Assembly: GCF_006345805.1 (NCBI RefSeq)
Contig: NC_043000.1
Span: 35,712,001-35,776,000 of the forward strand
Source: Octopus sinensis
Taxonomy: Eukaryota
Direction: 5' to 3'
DNA length: 64,000 nt
The translations under genes and the position numbers were made by a program. Below are positions 1 to 13,300 of the stretch, piece after piece; within the stretch, counting starts at the first letter, position 1, and every line of letters starts with the position of its first letter. The notes under the pieces are model-generated. The model saw only the letters and a list, made by a program, of their open reading frames with translations, had not been told where the DNA came from and searched no databases.

Positions 1-365
1 CATATATGTATGTATATCATCATCATCGTTTAGCGTCCGTTTTCCATGCTAGCATGGGTTGGACGGTTCAACTGGGATCTGTGAAGCCAGAAGGCTTCAT
101 CAGGCCCAGTCAGATCTGGCAGTGTTTCTACGGCTGGATGCCCTTCCTAACGCCAACCACTCCGTGAGTGTAGTGGGTGCTTTTTACGTGCCACCCGCAC
201 AGGTGCCAGACAGAGCTGGCAAACGGCCACGATGCATATATTTTTATATTATTTATATTATTATATATATATATATATATATCTTTATATATGTCTTGAT
301 GCATTCATGAGGCAAGTGTTACCTATTCTAGCCTTCGATTGACAAGAACTGAGAGAAGGCCATCC

Positions 366-418
<53 letters not shown>

Positions 419-428
419 TATATATATA

Positions 429-784
429 GGCATGGCTGTGTGGTATGTAGCTTTCTTACCAACTACATGGATCTGGGTTCAGTCTCACTGCATGGCACCT
501 TGGGCCGACCAAAGTCTTGTGAGTGGATTTGGTAGACAGAAACTGAAAAGAAGCCCGTTGGATATATATATATATATATATGTGTGTGTTTGTGTCTTCC
601 CTCCCCCACCATTGCTTGACAACCGATTTTAGTGTGTTTATACCCTCATAACTTAGCGGTTCGGCAAAAGGGGCCGGTAGGGTAAGTACTAGGCTTACAA
701 AGAATAAGTCCTGGGGGCGATTTGTTTGACTAAAGGTGGTGCTCTAGCATGGCCACTGTCAAATGACTGAAACAAATAAAAGCA

Positions 785-785
<1 letters not shown>
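429..785 (+). mobile_element. tRNA-derived SINE family A (CORE-like motif, internal TA/TG microsatellite)
   Basis: A-box-like tggctgtgtgg, B-box-like ggttcagtc, body ending gactgaaacaa; many copies in window. Confidence 0.8.
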
Positions 786-816
<31 letters not shown>

Positions 817-894
817 ATAAATATTAGGGAATAAATCCAAATTTACAGGGAAAAAATCAGATTTAGGATTAAATCCAATTTTATAGTAAAATAT

Positions 895-987
895 TATAAA
901 ATATTATTAGAGACAAAACCACTACTTTCCTTGTCTTTCTTTGTTTGTTTTGCAAAGTAGTGGTTTTGTCTCTAATAATATTTTATA
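895..987. repeat. perfect 34-bp inverted repeat with 25-nt spacer
   Basis: tataaaatattattagagacaaaaccactacttt (895-928) and exact reverse complement (954-987). Confidence 0.92.
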
Positions 988-2409
988 TATATATATATAT
1001 ATATATTTATATCATCATCATTGTCGTTTTACATCCACTTTCCATTCTGACATGGGTCGGGTGGTTAGACTGAGGACTGGGAAGCCGGGAGGCTGCACCA
1101 AACTCCAATCTAATTTGGTAAGGTTTTTACGGCTGGATGTCCTTCCTAACACCAACCATTCCAAGAGTGTAGAGTCAGGTGGCACTGGCATCAGTCATGC
1201 TTGAATGGTGCCTTTTATGTGCCACAGCTATATATATATATATTCTTTTCTTTTATATTTTATTTGTTTCAGTCATTTGACTGCGGCCATGTGGGAGCAC
1301 CGCCTTTAGTCAAACAAATTGGCCTCAGGACTTATTCTCTGTAAGTCTAGTACTTATTCTATCGGTTTCTTTTGCCGAACCACTAAATTATGGGGATGTA
1401 AACACATCAATATCAGTTGTCAAGCAATTGTAGGAGGACAAACACAGACACACAAACATTTACACACACACACACACACACACACAGAGAAATATATGTA
1501 TGTATGTATTTATATATATATATATATATACATACATGTACGATGGGCTTCTTTTAGTTTCCGTCTACCAAATCCACTCACAAGGCTGCATTGAGTACAT
1601 TTATAATTTTATTAAACTTGACCAATATTTTTCAAGCAATGAACAATTTTCATCAAGACAATGATATAATATGTGGACTTGGAACTTATTGCAAAGCTGC
1701 ATGATAAACAACATTTTTTGGGCTTCCCATTCAGGGGTCAGTACAAAATTTTTTTCAGTCTGATCTCTTTCTTTCTCTCTCTCTCTCTCTTTCTGTTGAT
1801 TGTTTTCAACCATCACTGTCACCAGTACTACCACTATCACCACAACTGCCATACACACATGCCATTCAGACTTCTGATGCCACCACCATCAATACCTTTG
1901 ACTTCACTGCCTTCCCCTCCACCACCATTACCAGTCTTTCACATCACTTACTATAAATGACATCCCTGACTGCCTCAGCTACCACCACTACCACCATCAC
2001 TGTTGCGTCCGCCTCTATCACAACTACAGCTCATACTATTACTGCTACTCCATTACCATCACAACTGTGAATCTACTACTTCCCTCACCGTCTCTGCCTA
2101 CTATTACTCTCATCCCATCATGAGGAATAGTAGAAGTGTCATTGAATAGTGAGAGAAGGGGGGGGATCAAAGTGTGACACACTGACACACAAATTCGTTT
2201 TGGCATTTATTATTATAGAAGGGGGTCTTTACCTTTGTGTGCACACACACATTCACGCTCACATTGACTACACATGGACTGAATATTGACAAAGATGTAT
2301 TTATACCCTCTTCTTTTTGTACAATAAGGACATATGCTTAGACATACATGTAATCTATGTGCATATATTTACTCATTTAATACTTGTTATCAGTTTTAAA
2401 ATTTGTAGG

Positions 2410-2640
2410 TATAGAAATTATTTTGTATATGCATGCGTGTGTGTGTGTATGTATGCATGCATGCTTGTCATTATTCAGTTTATTTCAAGATTTCTTGCTA
2501 ATAGAGAAAGAACCAGTTTCTAACCTAGATCCAAGGCTCCTTCATTGGAATTTCAACATCAACAACAGGGTATTTTCATTTGTATGTATGTATGTATGTA
2601 TGTATGTATGTATGTATGTATGTATGTATGCATGTATGCA

Positions 2641-2683
<43 letters not shown>

Positions 2684-3720
2684 ATGCAGATTTGTATGTT
2701 TTATGTCTGTATTCTCATGCATATAGTTGCATATCTAGACATTCTCATATATATTTAAATGATAAACTTCTGGAAAGTTTTACAGATTTTTACAGTTCCA
2801 GTGATTGATTGGATCTATAGCCTTTGAATTAGCTTTCTCCTTTCTGGTTTTGAGAAGCCTACTTTCTCAAGATTGGTATTTAGGCAGTGTGTTACATATC
2901 CCAGGGCCCCAATAATTACAGGTATAAACCTGAACTTGTAATCTGGATAGAGTAACTGCAGATTTCTCATTAGTTCAGCATAAGTATTCTCTTTTTCACT
3001 GATATTCAGCTTTATGTTAATGTTCACTGGACAGCTAATTTCCACAACTGTGCACAATTTCTCTTCTCTATCCCCTCTGTCTTCTCCACCCTACCTCCAT
3101 CCCATCTTAATTTTTTTTGCTCATTCATTCTTAAAATTTATGTGGTTTAGAATACGTTGACCGGTGGTATGTAAAAAGCACTATCCGAATCGTGGCCGAT
3201 GCCAGCGCTGCCTCGACTGGCTTCCGTGCCGGTGGCACGTAAAAAGCACCATCCGAATTGTGGCCGAAGCCAGTGTCGCCTCGACTGGCTTCCATGCCGG
3301 TGGCACGTAAAATGCAACAATCCGACTGTGGCCGTTGCCAGCCTCGCCTGGCACCTGTGCAGGTGGCACGTAAAAAACACCCACTACACTCACGGAGTGG
3401 TTAGCGTTAGGAAGGGCATCCAGCTGTAGAAACATTGCCAGATAAGACTGGAGCCTGGTGCAGCCTTCTGGCTTCCCAGATCCCCGGTCGAACCGTCCAA
3501 CCCATGCTAGCATGGAGAACGGACGTTGAACGATGATGATGATGATGATGATCCCAAATCATTATGTCAGGTCTGTTGATCTTACAATTTATTGAGATCT
3601 TCAATGGTACATTCCACCAGCATTCATTTTCATTATGAGTGGCTATGGCTTCTACCATATTGTGGGTTTTTATTTCTTTGTCCTCAGGATTATCCTTCCG
3701 ATGGATTTCATTATAGAATG
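2410..3720 (-). mobile_element. degenerate RLE-type non-LTR retrotransposon 3' fragment (R4/Dong-like), interrupted by an insertion that includes an RTE tail (about 3075-3550)
   Basis: KINRPDIMIWD...REEKLCTVVEISCP...[14 protein letters not shown] restriction-like endonuclease motifs. Confidence 0.78.
3150..3551 (+). mobile_element. 5'-truncated RTE LINE 3' tail with 63-68 bp tandem units and (GAT)n end
   Basis: repeated ggtggcacgtaaaaagcacc units, then ttaggaagggcatccagc, palindrome ccatgctagcatgg, (GAT)n; same tail follows an RTE ORF end at 14745. Confidence 0.8.
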
Positions 3721-5410
3721 TATGTATGTATGTATGTTTGTTTGCTTGCTACAAATATAGTAGCAACATGGTCATGTACACAATCCATGGAGATTTCATA
3801 ATTAAATAACATGGTAATCAATAGCTATTTTCGGACTCAGCTGCTGTTGTTGTTGTTGCTGTTGTTGTTGTTGTTGCTGCTGCAATTTGATATATACAGA
3901 AATTAGTTGGCAACTTGCTTCTCAATGTTTTGGGGGTTGGTTTATGAAATGCGACATTTGAATTAATAATTGTAAATGTTCTGACCTTGGAAGAGAGAAA
4001 TTCAGTTTTGGTTTGAGTGGGGTTTGAACTGAGAAATGTGAAAACAACAACGTGATTACTTGAAATATTTTAGGCTTTCTTTTTTTAACATTAAAATTAT
4101 ATTTTTGTTAAAGGTTTTGTCAGGGAATAGAGGGCAACATCTAAGCCCTTTTTGAGGGTCTCTAAGACTGATGGAAGAAAATGCTTCTCTAAAGTTGCTC
4201 ACGGGCCAGGTGGAAGTATTTACTGTTTTGTTCCTGTCAGTTCATCACACACACACACCCTCCACTATCCCCTCTTTACTACTTATACTCCTTCCACTGT
4301 TCCCCGTCGATATGCCCCAATACATCTCCAACATCATCTATTTCTCTTTCTCTCTCTCTCTGACTGACTGCCTCTCTTTCTCTAACTCACTCTCCCCTCC
4401 TCCTCCCATGTTCTGCTGGAGTAGCCAATTATCTCTCTCCCTCTGTTAACACTCTAACCTTCCATCTGGCTCTCAGCAACTTCCCTCGGTTCCACATCTT
4501 CTCTCAGCTGAACGGTCTTTGTCTGGCAAGCTACTCGGTGACCCCACTGGCACCATATAAAAAGCATCAATTCACTCTACAAAGTGGTTGGTGTTGAGAA
4601 GGGCATCCAGCCGTAGAGACCAAGCCAAAACAGCCAAATGGAACCTGGTGCAGCTCTCCAGCTTGCCAGCCCCTGTCGAATCATTCAACCCATGCCAGCA
4701 GGGAAAATGGACATTAAATGATGACCATGATGTACATATATTCCAAGTTATTGAAGTAAAATAAAGCAACCCTAAACCCCAAGAAAAATTTCCTCACTTT
4801 CATTTATTGTTCACATTCCTTGCTTGTATGGGATGGATATTTTGACAAGTCCCAACAATCTACCTTAGCATGGTTTCTATAGCTGGATGCCTCCCTAATG
4901 CTAACCAATTTTTCAGTGTGTACTGGCTGTGTTTTTTATGCCAACAACACTAGTGGGGGTGCCATGCAACCTGCAATTTCCAAGAGTATGAGCCCCAAGA
5001 GAGGCAGCTTCATTCTTGGAGACAAGGGGTTAAAGTATGAGAGAAGGGACCAGAGCAGACCAGGGTTTTTTTTTACAGTAGAGGAGCTGCATGGCTACTC
5101 ACATTTTGGAAGAGAGAGTGGCAGTGATCAGGTGTAACTGATAGATTTAAATAGTGGTGTTGGGGTGTCTGTATGGATGGAATTAGGTGAGTAGGAGTAA
5201 GTGGTGGGTGGAGTATTGGATAAAAGAACCGGGGGTGTGGGTGGTTGGGTAAAGATTACAAGAGTGTGTGGGACTGAGAGATGAAGAATGGTTAAAGGAA
5301 CAAATGCAATGAAGAACAAGTTTCAGCTTGAATTTCTGAAGTAACGAGAACTATGTCTTCAAGATTGAATTCATTTTCTCTGTTGCTTATTTAAGATTTT
5401 TGATCAAATT

Positions 5411-5940
5411 AGGCGCAGGTGTGGCTGTGTGGTAAGAAGTTTCCTTCCAAAGCACATGATTCCGGTTCAGCACATGATTCCGGTTCAGCACATGATTCCG
5501 GTTCAGTCTCACTTGGGCAAGTGTCTTCTGCTATAGTGAAAATTTACTACAAAAAAACAAAAGACGAAGACGGGTGTGTAAACAACAAACAGATGTATTA
5601 GGTTAATGCTTGGGATGGTGAGAAAGTCTTTTACGTTTCGAGCCTACGCTCTTCAACAGAAAGGGACACAGAAATAAACAGGGAGAGAAAATAAAATAAA
5701 ATAAAATAAAAAAGATTTAGTGGCTAGCAGTCTATCATGGCGAGTGTGTACCTTGACAGCTGGCGTTGGTGTGTTTATGTTTGCGTAACTTAGCAGTTTG
5801 GCAAAAGAGACTAATAGAATAAGTACCAAGTTTTACAAAAAACAAAACAATAATAAGTAATGGTTTAGATTTGTTCAGTTAAAATTCTTCAGGGTGCTGC
5901 CCCAGTATGGTCACAGTGTAATGACCAAAACAAGTAAAAA
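5411..5940 (+). mobile_element. SINE family A copy interrupted by a hammerhead-like insert (about 5536-5745)
   Basis: head ggcgcaggtgtggctgtgtggtaagaag, cttgggcaagtgtcttc, tail resumes at cttgacagctgg. Confidence 0.7.
5628..5663 (-). ncRNA. minimal hammerhead-like motif, variant core
   Basis: minus strand CTTT-CTGTTGA-A-GAGC gtag GCTC-GAAA-CG-TA-AAAG; core differs from CUGANGA at A6. Confidence 0.5.
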
Positions 5941-6081
5941 AAAAAAGGGCCATGACCATCCATTAAGATTTCCAGGTGTAGTTTCAGAAGTAATGGTGGT
6001 AGAGGTTGAGATGGTTACTAAGAATAGAACTGTTTGGATTTTCAGATTTGATTCCTTTTATGTTTTTGCTTCTCATTGCAG

Positions 6082-6143
6082 AGTTCTTAACTTTAAAAGA
6101 GAAATTTGAAGAATGTGATAAAGATCTCCAGAGAGCCAACAAA
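6082..6143 (+). CDS. GRIPAP1: GRIPAP1 exon (first in window): (E)[20 protein letters not shown]
   Basis: ttgcag acceptor, gtaagt donor, phase 1 to 0. Confidence 0.85.
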
Positions 6144-7470
6144 GTAAGTGTTTCCATCTTTTCACTTGTGACCTAAAATATTCTGTGTGATTCATTTAGT
6201 ATTCATTATTTTATTAATATTTGAAATTCTTCAAATATGTCCATTATTTCTTCGAAAGTATTTTCTTTTTTTTTTTTTTACCTCAGAATTAATTTAATAT
6301 TTTACTTAAGCTATGGAAATTATTATTTAGTGGCATTTTTTTCCCAGCTGTTTATGGCCTGAGTTCAAATCCTGCCAAGCTCAGCTTTGCCTTTCATCCT
6401 TTCAGGGTCCATAAAATACAAGGTTTGGTAACAGAGCTAAAGTATGCTGAGTAAAGCCACCTTCAACTCGGTCGCACATGATCACTAAGCTATAATGTTC
6501 TTGCTCACTTTTGTTGTTTAAAGAGTGCAGAGTGTGGTCACCTCACAACACCACAGAGATTCCATCAGTGACCATGGCAGAAAAAATGTGTAATGTGTGT
6601 GTGTGTGTGTGGAAAGAGACATGGCTTGGAAGTTATGATGGCCAAGAATCTCTCCAAAAAACAGTTACCACTAGGAAGGTAAAAAATTTCCAAATGCCAA
6701 GGAAATCCAAGAGCCTGCAATGAGGCAGCTACTTGCTATCCTCAAAAAGGATTTCCAGGAATGCTTCCATCAATGAAAATCATCATCATCGTTTAACGTC
6801 CGCTTTCCATGCTGGCATGGGTTGGATGATTTAACTGAGGACTGGCAAACCAGATTCCTCAATACCAATGTTTTTGGTGTTTTTTTTTATCCTTGGATAT
6901 TTTCTTTTCTGTTTTGACATTTCTTTTCTCGTTTTTTTCAGGTGATCAACAAAAGCAAGAAAGCAAAGGTAATTAAATAAACATTTATTTTTATTTGTTT
7001 TTGTAAAATTCCTGGAATGTCTCTATCCTTCAGTTGTTTCAGTCATTGGGCTGTGGCCAGGCTGGAGCACTGCCTTGAAGGCTTCAATTGAACAAGCCCA
7101 CTTTAGTAATTACCCTTTTTAAGTCTGGTACTCATCCTGTTGAGCTGCTACGTTATAGGAATGTAAATAAGGGTTTTTTGAGACTAGGAGATTGTGGATT
7201 TTTTTTCATATTGAAGTACAAAAAAAAAATCCACAACCTTCCACCTCAATAAACCTCTATTTTCCCTGAAAGTTGTTTTTTATATTTTTTAGGGATTGCT
7301 TGAAGCTGACTTTCTCCCTACACCTCGATTCCTGGATCTTAATATTTATATGTCACTTGTTCCTAATCTAGTAAATGCTCTGTAGAAGACATGGAAATGA
7401 AATTATGCAGCCCGAATCTTATCTACCCCAATCCTTATCTCTTGTATGTATGTATGTATGTGTGTGTGTC

Positions 7471-7501
<31 letters not shown>

Positions 7502-7638
7502 ATGTATGTATGTATGTATGTGAGTGTGTGTGTATGTATGTATTTTTTATTTTATTTTTTAAAATTTTATCTAGTTTCAGCTCACGAGCTGTGGCCATGC
7601 TGAGGCACCGCATGCATGCATGCATGCATGTATGTATG

Positions 7639-7669
<31 letters not shown>

Positions 7670-8328
7670 TTTTTATTTTATTTTATTTATTTTTTTTTTT
7701 ATCTAGTTTCAGCTCACGAGCTGTGGCCGTGCTAGGGCACCGCATGCATGTATGTATGTATGTATGTATGTATGTGTGTGTGTGTGTGTGTGTGTATGTG
7801 TGTATGTATGTGTGTATATAGGTGTATATGTATGCATGTATGTAGATGTGTGTATGTATGTAGGTGTGTGTGTGTGTATGTATGCATTTTTAATTGGTTT
7901 GGATCTTAACGATAATTGGTTACCAACTCTAGCCTACAGTTGATGTGTTCCAGCTGAATTCCTACTAATATTTCTAGAGACTGAATTTTAATTGCAGATT
8001 GGTTTTTTTCATCTTCTGATAGTTCAAAGATGTTTGATGAAATGGTGGGAAATTTACCATATAAAATAATGCCATGCTATTGAAACATTTGTAGTATGAA
8101 CTGAACTGTTGAAGCCATCTGCATTTATTTTATATATATATATATTTGTGGCATGTAAAAAGCACCCACTACACTCACGGAGTGGTTGGCGTTAGGAAGG
8201 GCATCCAGCCGTAGAAACACTGCCAGATTTGACTGGGCCTGATGAAGCCTTCTGGCTTCAGACCCCAGTAGAACCGTCCAACCCATGCTAGCATGGAAAA
8301 CGGATGCTAAACGATGATGATGATGATG

Positions 8329-8359
<31 letters not shown>

Positions 8360-9943
8360 ATTATTATTTTATATATATATATATATAGGTTATGGGAGGT
8401 AATGCTATCAAGAAGACCCAAAGGTGTCGGGTATTATTGAGTAAGTGCTATGGACAGACTATAGTTAAGCTCCAGGTTTCCAACGTAGGTCATATATTAG
8501 CATGCATATACATATAAAAAATTAACAGAATGAGATAAAAATCCAAGGCTGTGAAAGATTTCAGAACATTTATAAAGAGAAGGTCTTACAGCTGTTTCTT
8601 GGATATTTTATATATCCCTTCATCAGAGACGGTGCAAGAAAATGGTTAAGGAATAGAATAACTAGAATAACTATTGCTTAACCATTTTTTCGCACCGTCT
8701 CCAATGAAGGGATATATAAAATATCCCGGAAACAGCTGTAGTTTATTGTTCCTCACCTTCAAGTGCATTCTCATGGCTAAAGGTTGTTTTGACTCTTATT
8801 TCTAGCAATGCTGGTGCCTACTTAGACACTTAGTCACTTTAGTGATGTCTATAGTTCTGCCTTTTGGTTGTAAATTGTGAATAAGCCACTTTAATCATAT
8901 ACATTAAACGATGATGATGATGACAATGATGATGATGATGATGACGATGATGATGATTTATATATATCATCATCATCATCGTCGTTTAACGTCTGCTTTC
9001 CATGCTGGCATAGGTTGGACAGTTTGACTGCGGACTGATGACCCAGAAGGCTACACCAGGCTCCACTCACTCATAAGGGAATCTTACATTGCTTATAAAC
9101 GCTATATTTGAAAGGACTCATTTTAAACTCTGTTTGACATTTGGACTTTACTCATAGGATATTGGAATATTGCATATATACCATTATGCCTAAAAAATGG
9201 ATTTACAACTTCAATACCCATACATGTCTTGCATCAATTTTCTTTCCCCCACCTCACTCCCTATTTTGTATCACATCTAAACTAACTATGACTTAGCTAT
9301 CCTCTCACACCGTCTCTGATGAAGGGATATAATTAATTAATATCCTAGAAACAGCTGTAAGACCTTCTATCTATAAATGCTCTAATATCTACACAGCCTT
9401 GGTTTTTTATCTTATTACACAATAAATTCCTATATATATGTATATATATATATAGAATAAAACTTTATATATAAAGACTGTGAAATTCACGAATTGACGA
9501 ACACGGAAAACAGACAGTCATTCAGAGCCTTCATTCTTCAGTCAGAAACCGATTCATCATGGCAAATTTCGGCTGTTTATTATCGTAACGTACGTGCACC
9601 AATCCATTTATGTTTGTTATATATATATATATATATATATATATCCTTGTGAGTGGATTTGGTAGATGGAACCTGAAAGAAGCCAGTCATATATACATAT
9701 ATGTATGTGTGTGTATATGTTTGCATGTTTGTGTTTATCCCCCTCCCTCTCCCCAACATTGCTTGACAACCGATGCTGGTGGGTGTGTTTACGTCCCCCA
9801 TAACTTAGCAGTTCAGCAAAAGACACCGATAGAATAAGTACTAGGCTTACAAAGAATAAGTCCTGGGGTCGATTTGCTTGGCTAAAGGCGTTGCTCCAGC
9901 ATGGCCACTGTCATATGACTGATACAAGTAAAAGAATAAAAGA

Positions 9944-10014
<71 letters not shown>

Positions 10015-10316
10015 ATATCCTTGTGAGTGGATTTGGTAGATGGACCTGAAAGAAGCCAGTCATATATACATATATGTATGTGTGTGTATATGTTTGCATG
10101 TTTGTGTTTATCCCCCTCCCTCTCCCCAACATTGCTTGACAACCGATGCTGGTGGGTGTGTTTACGTCCCCCATAACTTAGCAGTTCAGCAAAAGACACC
10201 GATAGAATAAGTACTAGGCTTACAAAGAATAAGTCCTGGGGTCGATTTGCTTGGCTAAAGGCGTTGCTCCAGCATGGCCACTGTCATATGACTGATACAA
10301 GTAAAAGAATAAAAGA

Positions 10317-10397
<81 letters not shown>

Positions 10398-13300
10398 TAA
10401 TACTTCCTGAACTGAATCTGGACTTTCCAGTCTGGTGGTTTTCATCCAACTCCTTATCTTCTCGTTATTTGTAATGACCGGAATCACATCGTTTACCATA
10501 AAAGCTGCTGATCTTTTGAGATCTGAAATGTAAAATGTCAATGACAGAAGAAAAAAAAAAAAGCAAAAAGAAAATCAGGAAAATTTCTAAGAGCAAGATA
10601 TTTTTTTATCTTTTACTTGTTTCAATTAGTGAACTGTGGCCATGCTGGAGCATTGCCTTGACGGGTTTAGTTGAACAAATCAATCCCCAATGGCTATTTT
10701 AAAAGTGTGGTGCTTATTCTATTTGGTTTCTTGTTAAATTGCTAAGTTACAGGGATGTAAACAAAGCAACATTGGTTGTCAAGCAGTAAGGGAGACACCT
10801 CCTCCCCCACACAAAACAGGCTTCCACACACTTTCTATCTACCTCATCCACTCACAAGCCTCTTGTCAAACCATTCAACCCATGCCAGCATAGAAAACGG
10901 ACATTAAAAGCCGCTGCTGATGTCTCTAGAAGTTGATCTTTTGTCAACCAGTTTGGAACAATATTTGTGCTCACATTGTGATAGACAACCTCTTAAGCAA
11001 CTATTTCTCTGAATTTTTTGTCTTTATATACATTTCATCGTTTCTTGGTTCCACAGTCAAGTACAATGCAGTGACATTTTCAGAAAACATGTGAACATGA
11101 TCGATGCTAGGACCGCTTGACTGGCCCCTCTGCCGGTAGCACCATCTGAACGTGGCCGATGCCTGTACCCCCTGACTGGCTCTTGTGCTGGTGGCACATA
11201 AAAAGCACTGTCTGAACGTGATCGGTGCCAGGACTGCGTGACTGGCCCCCGTGCCGGTGGCATGTAAAAAGCAGCATCTGAACATGGCCAATGCCAGTAT
11301 CTCCTGACTGGCTCCTGTGTCATTGGCACATAAAAAGCACCATCCAAAAATGGCTGATGCCAGTACCTCCTGACTGGCTCCTGTGCTGGTGGCACCCACT
11401 ACACTCCTGGAGTAGTTGGCATTAGGAAGGGCATTCAGCTGTAGAAACATTGCCAGATTAGATTGGAGCTTGGTGCAGCTTTCTGGCTCTCCAGTTCTCA
11501 GTCAAATCGTCCAACCCATGCCAGCATGGAAAATGGCCATTAAATGATGATGATGATGTGACATTCATGTCTTTCATTATTGTTGCCAACCTAAATTTTG
11601 TTATTTCTGGCCTTATGGTTAACCTTAACTATGACATTTTCCCTTAATATACCACTGTCTGGTTAAGAAGCTTGCTTCCCAACCATGTGGTCTTTGGTTC
11701 AGTTCCACTGTGTGGCACCTTGATTAAGTGTCTTCCATTTTAGATCTGGATTGAACAAAACCTTATATGCGAAATTGGTAGATGAAAACTGAAAGTGTGT
11801 GTGTCTGAGAAAGAGTGTCTCTCTACCTTTTTCTCTATCCTTGTCCTACTGGGGTAGCCAAGTATACCCACTATAGTAAGGTAACTATCCCTGTCCCTCT
11901 GTTATAGTCTGACATCTCGCCTGGCACAGCCATTTCCCTCAGTTCCACATCCTTTCCTTGTTTAGGGGTCTTTGTCTTGCAAGCTACTTGGTAACTGGCT
12001 GGTGCTGGTGCCCAATAGAAAGCACCTGTCCTTATTCCACATAAAAAGCACCCAGTATATTCTGCAAAGTGGTTGGTGTTAGGAAGGGTATCCAGCTGTA
12101 GAAACCAGGGCCAAAACAGGCAGTTGGAGCCTGGTGTGTCTCTCCAGTTTGCCAGCTCCTGTCAAACTGTCCAGCCCATGACAGTCCAGGGAAAATGGAC
12201 ATTGATGATGATGATGTTGTATGTGTGTCCCCTTGTCCTAACACCATGCGATGATTGTAAACAAGCATCACTGTCATACAAGCAGTGTTGTTTGTTTCCA
12301 GTCTTCTGTGGAAAAAAAATAAACAAAAGCCTGGCCATGAGAAATATCCTGCCTGAAAATACGAAGGTTGGTGACAGAAAGGGAATCCAGCCATAGAAAA
12401 TCTGCCTCAACAAATTCTATCAGACTCATGCAAGTATAGAAAAGTGGACATCAAATGGTGATGATGATGATGATATACCTATTTCTTTATTGCTCACAAG
12501 GGGCTAAACATAGAGGGGACAAGCATGGACAGACACATGGATTAAGTCGATTACATTGACCCCAGTACGTAACTGGTACTTATTTAATCAACCCCGAAAG
12601 TATGAAAGGCAAAGTCGACCTCGGCGGAATTTGAACCCAGAACGTAACGGCACATGAAATACTGCTAAGCATTTCGCCCAGCATGCTAACATTTCTGCCA
12701 GCTCACCGCCTTGATGATGATATACCACTGTCTGCTAAACTATTATTTCTCCCTACCACCTCAGTCTTGTGAACAACACTAAATACAATTGACATCAATA
12801 AATATAATTAATGTGTGATTAACACCTAAACTAGCCAATTATTCCCTTCATTTGTTGCTAATTCCTAACATTTGTGAACTGTACCATTCAATTTTGGCAT
12901 TAATCCAGCTCACAAGAGCTACAAGAGAATATTTATGACTTGCTTCAGTTGCTGGTAGAACTACCAAATCTTAAAAAGGAAAAAAGAAAAAACCCAAACA
13001 GTTGTCTTAAGTGCTAACATGATTCATTCTTCATTCTAACACTTATGACAAACCCGTTTGTCAACTTATTTCTGTTGGAATATACTGGCTTCGTTTTCAT
13101 TAATTTTCTCAATGATGAAGATTTTGATAAAATAACTTTATCATAGTTAACCCTTTTGATACCAGCCTATCTGAGACCATCCTTGGTTCTATGATAGAAA
13201 TTTTCCTGTTTTAAGTGATCTTTCAAAATTTCATGTTAATCCAAGTTTCAAATACCTATTTTTTTACTACCCACAAGGGGCTAAACACAGAGAGGACAAA

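Noticed and set aside
1-6081. Search for the GRIPAP1 start exon(s)
   Set aside because: No credible exon found; likely upstream of the window.
9510-9545. Minus-strand CTGAAGA as a hammerhead core
   Set aside because: Could not find the GAAA and closing helices.
11110-11400. Regularly spaced 66-bp repeats resembling a CRISPR array
   Set aside because: Whole units are homologous with no unique spacers, no cas genes, eukaryotic intron; part of the RTE 3'UTR.
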